A stretch of 63,670 bases of DNA, filler included, from Collodictyon triciliatum (taxonomy: Eukaryota): assembly GCA_043381765.1 (NCBI GenBank). It is 4 parts of 4 records of this genome, joined end to end, with 100 filler letters (N's around TTAATTAATTAA, not from the genome) between each part and the next. Parts side by side here need not be neighbours in the genome. Positions count along the whole stretch, not along the records: positions 1 to 15,774 come from JBHJMP010001339.1; positions 15,875 to 31,994 come from JBHJMP010001341.1; 2 more parts are not named here. One strand, given 5' to 3'. Below the pieces are notes generated by a model. That model ran no database searches. It was not told where the DNA came from and worked only from the letters and a program-made list of their open reading frames with translations. Positions 13,940-23,760 of the stretch are shown piece after piece (within the stretch, counting starts at the first letter, position 1; each line of letters opens with the position of its first letter). A program made the translations under genes and the position numbers.

Positions 13940-15484
13940 ATGGATACTGCTGACAACGAATATGACTGTGGTCTTGGTATCGGCTCTGTAGGCGATAAGC
14001 AAGCATCTGGACCGAAACAAACCAAAGCAGATGATCAAAATCGACTGCATGAGTTTACCGATATCTCATATCATCCAAGTAACCCAAAGGACAGCAACAA
14101 AAACGAACGAAAGGCTAGCGACGAGGCTCACGTAAAAGCAGAACAAAAGCTGTGGAGTGTTTGTTTCCGACACGCTTTGTTTATTTGGTTCCATATTTTA
14201 TGGAAAACAACCCCCAGATTATTTACTATCATATTTTTAATTTGCATATATTATATGCCATCGAGAATATTGACGAGTCAAATGTTGGACGTCGCATCAC
14301 CAATACTATACGAGGCTGTCAGGGATGTCGTGATGTTGTCAACCTTTTGGTTATCAGTAACGCTGTGCTTGGTGGAAATATTTGGGAATAGATTGAGCCT
14401 ATCGGCTTCGTTAAAATCATTTATGCCTTACTTCATAATTTGCATACCTCTAATTATATGGTTCAAGGATAATCTAGTAGCATTCTGCTTTTGTGTTAAC
14501 GGTGTATGCGGATTAGAAATTACGTTGAAATTATTCCTTATTTCTAGGTCAAAACCATATCGATTTATGGATACTGAACTCACTAATAATTTCCAACTCA
14601 CGAAAGATGGGACTCCATTCGCTCTTTGGAAGGGAATAATGTGTATTTTTATACTCTCAGTTTTTTTATTACAAAATTTATTCCCAATATACCTGTCGTC
14701 GGTCTTCTATATTCAGCTTGTTTTTCGATTCATTCTATTCCCATTCTGTCTATCAATTTCAAAGTGGTATCAGAATTCTTTGATAGTCAATATGTCTGAA
14801 AATGGAACGGCTAGAAGACTGCAGGTAAGCAAAATGGCAAATGACTTCATGTGCCTCATAAGTCGACTATACTTATCAAATTTATCAGGGAGTGGTTCCA
14901 ACTCTACAAGATACATCTTTGTTAATTTTTTGGCTGCTTTTATTGAAATTCTTAGTCATCTTACTATAGAGTATCGCTTAAGCCTAACTTATGAAGGTAA
15001 AAAATTCTTCAATAGTCTCTATCACAGAGTGAGGTTCAAAAATAGAGCGAAAATTATTAACTTCATACCTGGAGAAAGAATTAAGAATGACAGTAAGGTC
15101 GATGCTGAAATATCGCCTTGTGATAGACAAAAATTCATCAAAGAGACCCTAAATTTGCAATCAAAACAAATATGTGACAACATAAGCGCTGAATTGTGCT
15201 CCCTGTTTGTCGCACCAATCATCATGTTCTTTTTGTTCACAATATATCCGAATACATCTTTCCAAACAATCAGCACGGTTTACAGCTGTTTCGATCAAAT
15301 AGCCATTCAACTCGGGTTTGAGTTCTTGTCAGACACCATATCATTAGCCTTTTTGATTCGAAAAGGTAATATCAGCACGAATATATCTTCGGAATGGGTT
15401 CCATTAAGGTATCAGATCATGTTTTGCTGGGATTTATTTTGTGTTACTTACTTTCATATGCTGGTCCGTGTTTTCTCCCGATAA
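13940..15484 (+). CDS. Intronless multi-pass membrane protein of unknown function (514 aa)
   Basis: Long uninterrupted ORF with a hydrophilic N-terminus and roughly 10 hydrophobic segments. An acceptor-like TTGTTGCAG (ends 13923) upstream suggests a 5'-UTR intron. Confidence 0.75.
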   Translation: MDTADNEYDCGLGIGSVGDKQASGPKQTKADDQNRLHEFTDISYHPSNPKDSNKNERKASDEAHVKAEQKLWSVCFRHALFIWFHILWKTTPRLFTIIFLICIYYMPSRILTSQMLDVASPILYEAVRDVVMLSTFWLSVTLCLVEIFGNRLSLSASLKSFMPYFIICIPLIIWFKDNLVAFCFCVNGVCGLEITLKLFLISRSKPYRFMDTELTNNFQLTKDGTPFALWKGIMCIFILSVFLLQNLFPIYLSSVFYIQLVFRFILFPFCLSISKWYQNSLIVNMSENGTARRLQVSKMANDFMCLISRLYLSNLSGSGSNSTRYIFVNFLAAFIEILSHLTIEYRLSLTYEGKKFFNSLYHRVRFKNRAKIINFIPGERIKNDSKVDAEISPCDRQKFIKETLNLQSKQICDNISAELCSLFVAPIIMFFLFTIYPNTSFQTISTVYSCFDQIAIQLGFEFLSDTISLAFLIRKGNISTNISSEWVPLRYQIMFCWDLFCVTYFHMLVRVFSR

Positions 15485-15774
15485 AGTTACTGAAGACTCT
15501 GCATTACAAGATTATCCTTTCAAATGCCAATCAAACGGTGGCTAGCGAACCAAAGCCAACATCCCCACCATCCTGCACAAAATTGAAAGGAAGAATAAAA
15601 AAAAAACTTTCAAATGCCAACTTTTAAAAATTCCATGGTAGGCATTGACAAAAAAAAACCAAAAAAAAAATAATCGAGACTAAAACCATTCAAAAAATGG
15701 CTGCAATCTATTTAATTTGAAAATAAACAAAAAAAAAAAAAAAAAAACAAACACAAAAAAACACAAAAAAAAAA

Positions 15775-15874
15775 NNNNNNNNNNNNNNNNNNNNNNNNNN
15801 NNNNNNNNNNNNNNNNNNTTAATTAATTAANNNNNNNNNNNNNNNNNNNNNNNNNNNNNNNNNNNNNNNNNNNN
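15775..15874. other. Artificial contig linker N44-TTAATTAATTAA-N44
   Basis: Six-frame stop spacer flanked by Ns; an identical construct occurs three times in the window. Confidence 0.97.
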
Positions 15875-16175
15875 TGTTGTTTGTCCATGACTTGCCATAG
15901 TTTGTCATACCGAGAACCTTGCCTTCTTGGTCTTTCCAGAGAGCATCTCCAACTTCATTCTGAATCATGGACACAAACCCTTGGTTGACCTTGGCTGGAT
16001 ATTCCTTGTCTTTGTACGTGCGAGCTTTCACTTCGTACATAATGTAGTCACCTTTCTTGAGGTCACTGTATTGAACCTTTGTGTAATCTTTGTCGTCGGT
16101 AGGCAAGGCAGTCTTGGTTTTGGGTTTTTTGGCGTCATCTTCGCTGGGGGTTTTGCGGGTGTATTTGCGCGGCAT
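15875..16175 (-). CDS. Virus-like hypothetical protein, truncated at contig edge
   Basis: Intronless Lys-rich ORF MPRKYTRKTPSEDDAKKPKTK... with AAAATTGA about 40 nt upstream. No host family recognised. Confidence 0.6.
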
Positions 16176-16214
16176 ATTGAATGAATGATAATGATTTTAT
16201 AAAACAAACGCGTT

Positions 16215-16222
16215 TCAATTTT
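16215..16222 (-). promoter_or_regulatory. AAAATTGA motif (Mimiviridae-type early promoter consensus)
   Basis: TCAATTTT on + strand at 16215-16222, in the 68-nt gap between two tandem ORFs. Confidence 0.5.
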
Positions 16223-16243
16223 AGGTGGGCGGGGTGGTTTTAT

Positions 16244-16678
16244 TTATGAGTCGACGTCTGTGATGTCGCTGTCGCTGTCAGGGTGGCGCTCGCTGTCGTA
16301 GTCTACGTTGAGATTGTCTAGGCGGAACAGTGATCCGTACTTGCGGTAGAGTAAGGTCCATGCAATAGCTTGCAGTATTACTAGGCGATTTATGTAACCA
16401 CGAGAGCTGGGGTCGGGGTCAAAGTGCGTATCAAATTCTTCAATTAGCTCATCAACCAATTGCGCATTGTTCATTTGTGGGAAGGCTCTTCTTAGCTGAC
16501 AGACACTTCTAATAGTGTAATCATGCACACGGTTGAATGTAATTGTTTGTGTTCCATTGTCAACAATATTAATTGTCATAGTACAGTTGAGCGCATTGAC
16601 GCCTCGCAAATTATTGTCGTATTCGATGTCGACAAATTTATTTTCGTCGGTATCAAATCCCTGGACGCGGTAATACAT
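16244..16678 (-). CDS. Virus-like hypothetical protein (144 aa, acidic tail)
   Basis: Intronless ORF MYYRVQGFDTDENKFVDIEY...DSDSDITDVDS*, tandem with the previous ORF; TAAATTGAAAC about 65 nt upstream. Confidence 0.6.
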   Translation of the reverse strand: MYYRVQGFDTDENKFVDIEYDNNLRGVNALNCTMTINIVDNGTQTITFNRVHDYTIRSVCQLRRAFPQMNNAQLVDELIEEFDTHFDPDPSSRGYINRLVILQAIAWTLLYRKYGSLFRLDNLNVDYDSERHPDSDSDITDVDS

Positions 16679-16742
16679 CTAATACAAAGTCGTTAGTGCT
16701 GTGCTTGCTGTTGTGCTTGACGGTGTGATTCGACAGCAAGTT

Positions 16743-16750
16743 TCAATTTA
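16743..16750 (-). promoter_or_regulatory. TAAATTGA, variant of the same motif (shared 10-mer AAATTGAAAC)
   Basis: TTTCAATTTA on + strand upstream of ORF 16678. Confidence 0.4.
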
Positions 16751-16886
16751 CAAAAGTTGCTTGTGCTTATATACTTAGAAGATGGATATATATGGAAGGT
16801 AAGCGTTAATTGAGGGTGTAATGTTTTGTGGTCAAGGGGCGAGACAGTATATAAACCCCTGAACTTTTGAGGTTCACAAGGTTCGC

Positions 16887-16929
16887 TGTGGAATTTGTAA
16901 CTCCATAATATATAGTTACAAATTCCACA
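16887..16929. repeat. Perfect 16-bp inverted repeat (hairpin) with 11-nt loop
   Basis: TGTGGAATTTGTAACT (16887-16902) and AGTTACAAATTCCACA (16914-16929) are exact reverse complements. Confidence 0.92.
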
Positions 16930-17477
16930 ATATATATTATGATAATTTAATAAAAACCTCGACCTCGGTAAGCCTCACAACGTTTCTGGACAAGATGTCT
17001 ACAGCTTGCGCGATCTTTTGAAACCGTCGTATTTCCGTTTTGGCTGCATGTCACAACAAGCTTACATTTTGAAGGAATCAGAACGATAGCACAAAACCGG
17101 TTCGATCGTGTCCGGCTCACGGGCCCTCTTTGATGCGAGCTGAGGGCCACTCAAAGCGATATTCTAATAGATCGATAGGCGTAGAAGAGAGTATATGAAT
17201 ATATACCAAATAATAATCGTAAGAAGCATACCTGGGGTTATTGAGACATAAAAGTCCACATTTCTGAACAAAGATAGAAGCGTCTTCTAAACCTGCCAAA
17301 GGTTCCAGCCCGAATGGAAAGATAACAAAACTACATACCGTTCAGAGTGTGTGGTTCTATATAAAAATGATAATTCACTCCATAAGGATGATATTCCTAG
17401 ACCCTTCGATTCATGATTCAGTAGCTTGCTAAACTAAATAAAAGCCTAAACTAAAGGACAGCTGAAAAGCATCGGCG

Positions 17478-19958
17478 ATGGCCATGGGCGATCAAGAGAT
17501 GATAAACCAAAATATTAATGAGGAGGAAGAGCGATCGCCCCAGACACCCGGGTCGTTGAGGATGTTGGATGAATTCCGCGAGTGGACTTCGAAAAGAACA
17601 TATGCTTTTGTCCACGACGATGACGCACGGATTTTTGATACCAAGATGTCTATTGCTGAAAAAGCCTTTGGGACTAGATGGCGTAAGATTCTGACAAACA
17701 TATATCAGCCTCCGTTTTCAAACATGATACTGATTCTATGCGGGTTGAATGTTTTCTTTTGGTTTGCATCACTGTTATTCCCTGAGGAAGATTATTTGTT
17801 GTTTGTAAGTGCGATATGTTGGTTCGGAATTGTGCATTACTTACTTTTCATTCAGCTGTTTCACCTTGATGTTATCCTATTCACGGCCACATGCTTCGAA
17901 AACAATTTCTTGGTGGTCAACCTAATGGTCCAAATGTATTCTATTGGAAGTCTCACACAGTGGGACGCGCGTGCTGGTCACTGTCTTGTGTTTCTTTTCT
18001 TTTCCTACATCAATCTGATATTTATGGATGCCTTTCCGTTCAGTTTCTCCAAGTTCGAACGCGGATTTTCAAATTATGTTCAGCTAAAAAAGGACGAGGA
18101 TGCATCCAACCATCTCGTTTCTTCATCATCATGTTCAACACATACAAACCAGACTGATTGTTCCATCTCAAAAAATCAACATAAGCTGATAAGAGATACA
18201 AAAGTAGTTTGGATGCCAGTGGTCTCTGCTCCTGATTGTGGGGATGCATCTGGGTCGGTCCACCAATCAGTTGACTTGGAATCCATCAGAAGGAGAGTTT
18301 TGTCGATATTCCCAAGAATTGGATTTACAAAGCAATTGCCTAACTGCACCAAAATATATGTTCAGAACATAAAATTCCATTCACACCTGTCGATTTTTCT
18401 GATCATAGTTTGCCAAATAATTCTCTATCATTTTGTGCAAAGAAAGATGATACCAGAAATGAAGGTATCTATTTTACACATCGGCATATTCAGTTGGACT
18501 GATGAAGAAATGTGCCGAATAAGTTGCATTAATATTCTCTATTTTTCATCGAAAAGACTCTATCGATCAGTATTCAAACCGATGGGTATGTCAACCACAG
18601 TGCAGCGTTGCTTTAGAATTCCATTAGTCAAGCAATGGATAGAAATTCTAGAATACGTCCGAGTAATGATTGTACAGCATAAGGATATATCTGAAAATTG
18701 CGCCACCGACCATCGTAGTTTTACCAAAAGTTCCTATGTGAAAAAAGCCGAGTCAATAATTTTTCAGAAGAGCGAAATTAAGAGGAGCAGTTTTCCGTTA
18801 TCCGACCACGGACCGACCGAGTTCTACGAAATCAGTGGGACAGCTGATGGAGCGGATATGGAGAGTCAAAATACTTCTAACAAAGACTGCACAGAGATTT
18901 CACCAGAAAAAGACATGTCTGGAATCGTATTCGATAGAGCTATCGTGCGGAATTTCAACCAAGATAGTCGCCTTCTGGTGTGCATTAGCACTGACCATCG
19001 AGGGAAATATCTCGATTCCAATAAGACTTTTGGGGAGGTCATGTTTGGCAAGCGCGTTTGGACCAACCTCCATAGAATTGTTGTTCGGTTAGGTCATGTT
19101 ACCATTCCATTTTGGTTCATCGGGTTATTTTTCTTTTATTACCTTGTATCGCATCAACATATAGACTTGGAGAAGTATCTGATTATATTTGGTACATTGA
19201 CTGTCATGAGACTATTTTGTGTGATTGTTCTCTTTCCCATCGCCTGTGTTGTTAATTGTGTGTACACCATTGAGTCGTCATTTCTGTTTTTCAATACAAT
19301 CCTTCTCCTGGGATTAGGAATATCAGTTTATGGATGGACGAGCCCGATTTCTTACTTGGGGTTAGTCGCTTACATCCTCTCATGTAGTGTGGGCGTATTC
19401 ATAGATGCTTACCCGGTTTCTTTCAAACCTGCGTCCGTTGTATTGGACGGAGTTTTACACAGGTGGAGAGAAAAGGGTATTCAACTAACAACTGAAGATA
19501 AAGTCATTCTTAATATTGCCAACACATTGATTTATGATGCGTATGGAGAAAACAAGGGCTCGAGAGCACTACGAAATCATGTCAGAGAATTAGCATCGAG
19601 CTGCACAAAAGATAAAAGCTTTTTCAAAAGGCTTTTGGCAAGGAGCTTTGTCGAAAGAAAATTAGTTTCTAATACAATCATAACTGTTTTGTGGATAGGC
19701 GTCACCTGTGTGTATATCTATCTTTGCTTACTGTCTGCAAAAGAGTATGAAAACCAAGATTTAATCGAAGTTTCCACACCGGTTGGAACCTGGTCAAATA
19801 TCGGACTGATGAAAACCATTCTGTTAAACATGGGAATAATCTTTACCAAAAGGGCTGTGTTGATAACGGTGTATCCGCTCAAGACAGCAGCGTTTGACTC
19901 CCCATACCTGAGGATTCCGCTGGTTCCATCTGTTGTGCGACTGCAGCAGAATATTTGA
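17478..19958 (+). CDS. Intronless multi-pass membrane protein (826 aa) with internal duplication
   Basis: Long ORF with two similar halves (DTKMSIAEKAFGTRW / DSNKTFGEVMFGKRVW; IFMDAFPFSF / VFIDAYPVSF; FRIPL / LRIPL). Confidence 0.8.
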   Translation: MAMGDQEMINQNINEEEERSPQTPGSLRMLDEFREWTSKRTYAFVHDDDARIFDTKMSIAEKAFGTRWRKILTNIYQPPFSNMILILCGLNVFFWFASLLFPEEDYLLFVSAICWFGIVHYLLFIQLFHLDVILFTATCFENNFLVVNLMVQMYSIGSLTQWDARAGHCLVFLFFSYINLIFMDAFPFSFSKFERGFSNYVQLKKDEDASNHLVSSSSCSTHTNQTDCSISKNQHKLIRDTKVVWMPVVSAPDCGDASGSVHQSVDLESIRRRVLSIFPRIGFTKQLPNCTKIYVQNIKFHSHLSIFLIIVCQIILYHFVQRKMIPEMKVSILHIGIFSWTDEEMCRISCINILYFSSKRLYRSVFKPMGMSTTVQRCFRIPLVKQWIEILEYVRVMIVQHKDISENCATDHRSFTKSSYVKKAESIIFQKSEIKRSSFPLSDHGPTEFYEISGTADGADMESQNTSNKDCTEISPEKDMSGIVFDRAIVRNFNQDSRLLVCISTDHRGKYLDSNKTFGEVMFGKRVWTNLHRIVVRLGHVTIPFWFIGLFFFYYLVSHQHIDLEKYLIIFGTLTVMRLFCVIVLFPIACVVNCVYTIESSFLFFNTILLLGLGISVYGWTSPISYLGLVAYILSCSVGVFIDAYPVSFKPASVVLDGVLHRWREKGIQLTTEDKVILNIANTLIYDAYGENKGSRALRNHVRELASSCTKDKSFFKRLLARSFVERKLVSNTIITVLWIGVTCVYIYLCLLSAKEYENQDLIEVSTPVGTWSNIGLMKTILLNMGIIFTKRAVLITVYPLKTAAFDSPYLRIPLVPSVVRLQQNI

Positions 19959-20724
19959 GGTACACAAAGGCCACCAGCCCCTCAAAGTCTTGAAGATTCC
20001 ATAGAGCTGCACTCTTCCCTCAAATATGTTAATAGACTGATGCGTGCAGTACCCCCCAACACGCTCCCCACGCTACGTGCACGTGTAATGCATGTGCTTA
20101 TGATGTGCGCCATTACTTGCTTCATGGGTACAAAATACGCCACCTAAAATTGATCTAGTATTATCATCTCTATAGTCACTCAATATAAGCAACCACTTCA
20201 TAGAGACCAAAATAGCGACAAAAAAAAAAGTTCCTTGAGTCGCTCTCAGAAACCGTTCTTTTTGTACAAGAAAATCAAATAAATAAATAAAAATAGCATT
20301 GTTATGTAACACGAACTTGAGTGACCTAATTGCCACCGTTTTTTTTTTTAGATATAAAAAAATCGTCGAAATATAACTACCAACCATATTCAACCAATGA
20401 ATCAATCAATGAATCAATCAATCAATCAATCAATCAACCAACTCATCTCTTTCCACCCTTCAATAACATGATTGCAATGAAGCTCTATATCAGTAAGCCC
20501 CCTCCAAATAAGTCGCCCACCATCAAAACGCGTTTCCCATGTTTCTGGCCTTCGAAATACCACAGCATCATTCCAGCATACGAATCCACCACACAATTAA
20601 AAGCCGGCTGCGCTCACAGAGCTTCAAAAATCGCAGCCTTCTATAACATCCGTGGCCTTTTCTAACATCATATGCACCTTGCCGCAAGTCACAAGCAAAT
20701 AAAAAAAAGGAAAAGGAGAAAATG

Positions 20725-20876
20725 AAAAAAAGAAAAAAGAAAAAAGAAAAAAGAAAAAAGAAAAAAGAAAAAAGAAAAAAGAAAAAAGAAAAAAGAAAAA
20801 AGAAAAAAGAAAAAAGAAAAAAAATCAAAAAAACAAAAAAACAGAAGAAAACAAATCAGAGATGAAAAGAGAAAAA

Positions 20877-20951
<75 letters not shown>

Positions 20952-20952
20952 A
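20725..20952. repeat. Adjacent (GAAAAAA)n and (AAAT)n microsatellites
   Basis: Direct tandem repeats; edges approximate. Confidence 0.9.
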
Positions 20953-21880
20953 AAGAAGAAAGAAAATAAAGGAAAGACAACCCGGCTTCCAAAGCTTACG
21001 TGCACCCCTTGTCCCTCTCACGCCTTGCACGAACCAAGATAAGCCCGACAGGAAGCAAAGCACAGACACAGAAGCAGCGCACGCGAAAGTGCATCGCCCC
21101 CGCCCCGGCCTTTGCTTCGGGTGGGTTTCCGGCTGCGTCTCACACAGTGCGTCCGCACGAACCTTCAGCCACACACTCGCCCAGGATGTGGCTTTGGGCT
21201 TTGTCGAGACTGCGACCGTCGAGCTCGCCGGAAAACCCGCCCACGCGGCTGTTGATGCGTTCTCCCGTTTTTCGGTTGAGGACCTCCGCCGCCTCCCTTC
21301 TGCCCCGTCGTCTTGCGGCTCCCAACTGCACAAGGCTTGTTCATGCCTTTATTTTATTTATTTTATTTTATCGTATTATTTTATTTTATTTTTTGTTATT
21401 TTCTAATGATATAACAGCCAAGAGTAATTCTCGAGCCCGTCGCCAATTTTGTTTCTAGTGGTGTTGTCCTAATCAGCCTGAATGTCATGATTTTTATCTT
21501 GTTGATCAAATGCTCTTATTTCCACTCTCGACTTCTGCACACCCTTGCGTTTTTTCTTTTCTTTTTCTTTTTCTTTTGTATTTTGGAGAAGCATTAGATG
21601 GGTTTTTTTTTCTTGTCTTCCCTACTGTGCTTTTTACATATAAACTTATCTCAAATATTCCGTCCTTTTTGTTTCTGCCCATATACCGTATCAATTCTCT
21701 ACGCGCAGCAGGTTTTCTCTTTTCTTTGCCTCGCAGGCGCTTAATTCACTTTTTTTTTAGACTATACGACCTCTTTCACGTGGCATAATCGGCGCATTTG
21801 ATCTCGCAGTGTGTTATTTTTCACTTTGGCTAAAGCTAAAGCTTTTTTATTTTTGTTACATGTAGACTTGCGACAATGAT

Positions 21881-23690
21881 ATGGATCCTGAATCCACAAA
21901 AAAGAAGCGTGTTCGTGTCCGTCACCATCGCAACCGGAAATCGCGCTCCGAGTATTCTCGCAACGCCACTGCATCTGACACGGCCCATTTTGAGGAGGAC
22001 GAACAAATGACTCCAGAATCCGACATTGCCGTGCATGACGCTGAGACGAATGAGCTTGAACTGGATAACCTTGACGAGTTTCCACCTCTGCAGTCTTCTC
22101 ACTCGAATGTAAGTGCTTTCCTTATGATATTGACACCGAAAATTACAATATCAAACAAACCCCAGTGCCATATGGCTGCTGTACCAGAAGAACGGATATG
22201 GTTTCTGAGGCCTTTCCACGTTTCATTCTTGACCGAAAGTGGATTTTGATTCAACCATTAGTTGGAAACGCAGTCTCAAGCAAGCCAAGTTCCGACAGTT
22301 GAATGCGATAGCATCTGGAGCGTATGTATTCAATAAATTCCTGTGTAATGTCGCTGGGCTTCACAGCTCTATGTGTTTGAGTTTTTTTTCTTTTACAACT
22401 CAAGGTCTTAAGCTGCCTTTTGCTACGATGACCACTCGATAGATTTATTTGTACTTTGGGATATTGCTTTATGTAAATCTGTTTCAGTTTAACAAATAAT
22501 ATTGCATATTAACAAACACCATCATACAGCCTGCACACATGCCGGCTTCTGTAGCTTCGACACCAGTGACCGCCGTGCCGAAGGACAAATGCAACAGCCA
22601 ATACGACTTGCCCAGGATGGAAAGCGCTCCAGCATTGAAGACAGCCTTTGTATGTTAACTATTCCTGTACTAGAAGGAAAATGAAAAAGTTGAACGAACG
22701 CTTGACCTTGACCTTTACCGATAGCCATTCGTTCACTCATTTTCTTTCTTTTTTTTTTAAAAAAGACAAAAGTGGATAAAAGATGCAAATTAAATCCTTC
22801 CAAATGGTCATATCTAACGAGCAATCATTAATGTATGAAGCCATAATTTGACTGCTGTTTTTCTTCTTCTTTCATCTTCTTATCAGGTTGAAAAGGTGAC
22901 CAAGAAAAATGTCTTCACGCCCGTATCACCTGCGGAATTCTTGTTCAAGTCAGTAGTTTTATCGCTACGTGCAGCATGTCATGAATGATTCTTTCTTTCA
23001 TTTTAAAAAAGTATTACCAGCTTCACCGAAGAATACATATTCGAACGTAGCACCTTGCCAATATTTATTTTGTGTATTTGTAGACTCTTCCCCATTGGAG
23101 ACAATTACCATGGAAAAGATACCTCCTCAAGTGAGCTCAAACGTGAGAATGAGCTATCGGCCAAATGTGCTCGCTTCTTACGCACGATACAAGTAAGGTG
23201 CAATCTTACTGTTCTGCAACCCGTTTGGAAGTGTGTAAACATGTCCTGGGTGAGCTTTCTTTCATCTTTTTGACGGTTTGCTGGAAACAGTGGATCTTTT
23301 TGTGATTCTTTAAGCATTATTTTCCAATTTTTCTTCTTCTCTCTCTTATGCATCATAATAAGCGGAACATTTCGTCAATTTGATATTTCCTTTCACTTCA
23401 GACAAAGGAACATAAGGAAAAAGAACAAAATAGTGTCTCCTTGTCATCGATGAAAAAATCGATGTTAAAAAGCCTTCGGAAAAGTTCGGTCAAGTAAGCG
23501 TAGTGGCTTATCTTTTCATAAAAACAACAAAGATGCATATAAACGAAAGTAAAATGCGATTAAGATGTATGTTAGTGATAAAAGCATGATGACCACTGAT
23601 TTCTGATGAATAAAATTTCCTCTTGATGCATGCCCGTTTTTTTTTTTTTTTTTTTTTATCACAGGGTCTCGACCGCTAAACAGTCTGTAA
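21881..23690 (+). CDS. Hypothetical protein, 7 exons, largely low-complexity with basic NLS-like start
   Basis: Phase-consistent GT-AG chain: MDPESTKKKRVRVRHHRNRK../LETQSQASQV../PAHMPASV../VEKVTKKNVFTPVSPAEFLFK/LFPIGDNY..CARFLRTIQ/TKEHKEK../RSRPLNSL*. An alternative last donor gives a stop at 23704. Confidence 0.65.
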
Positions 23691-23760
23691 AGACTGTTGC
23701 CTAAACAAAGTCCAATCGTCTGCTTGCAAAGAACTTCGTCGCCCCGTCACACGCTAACAA

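Noticed and set aside
15775-15874. TTAATTAATTAA palindrome between N-runs (also 31995-32094 and 50879-50978) as a TTAA transposon site
   Set aside because: Identical 100-nt artificial six-frame-stop linker. Adjacency across it has no biological meaning, so RNF213-like and Roco are not a cluster.
20500-21460. ORFs of 100-214 aa on both strands
   Set aside because: Built from microsatellites and GC-rich promoter-like sequence (poly-F/IYLF translations); no coherent gene model.
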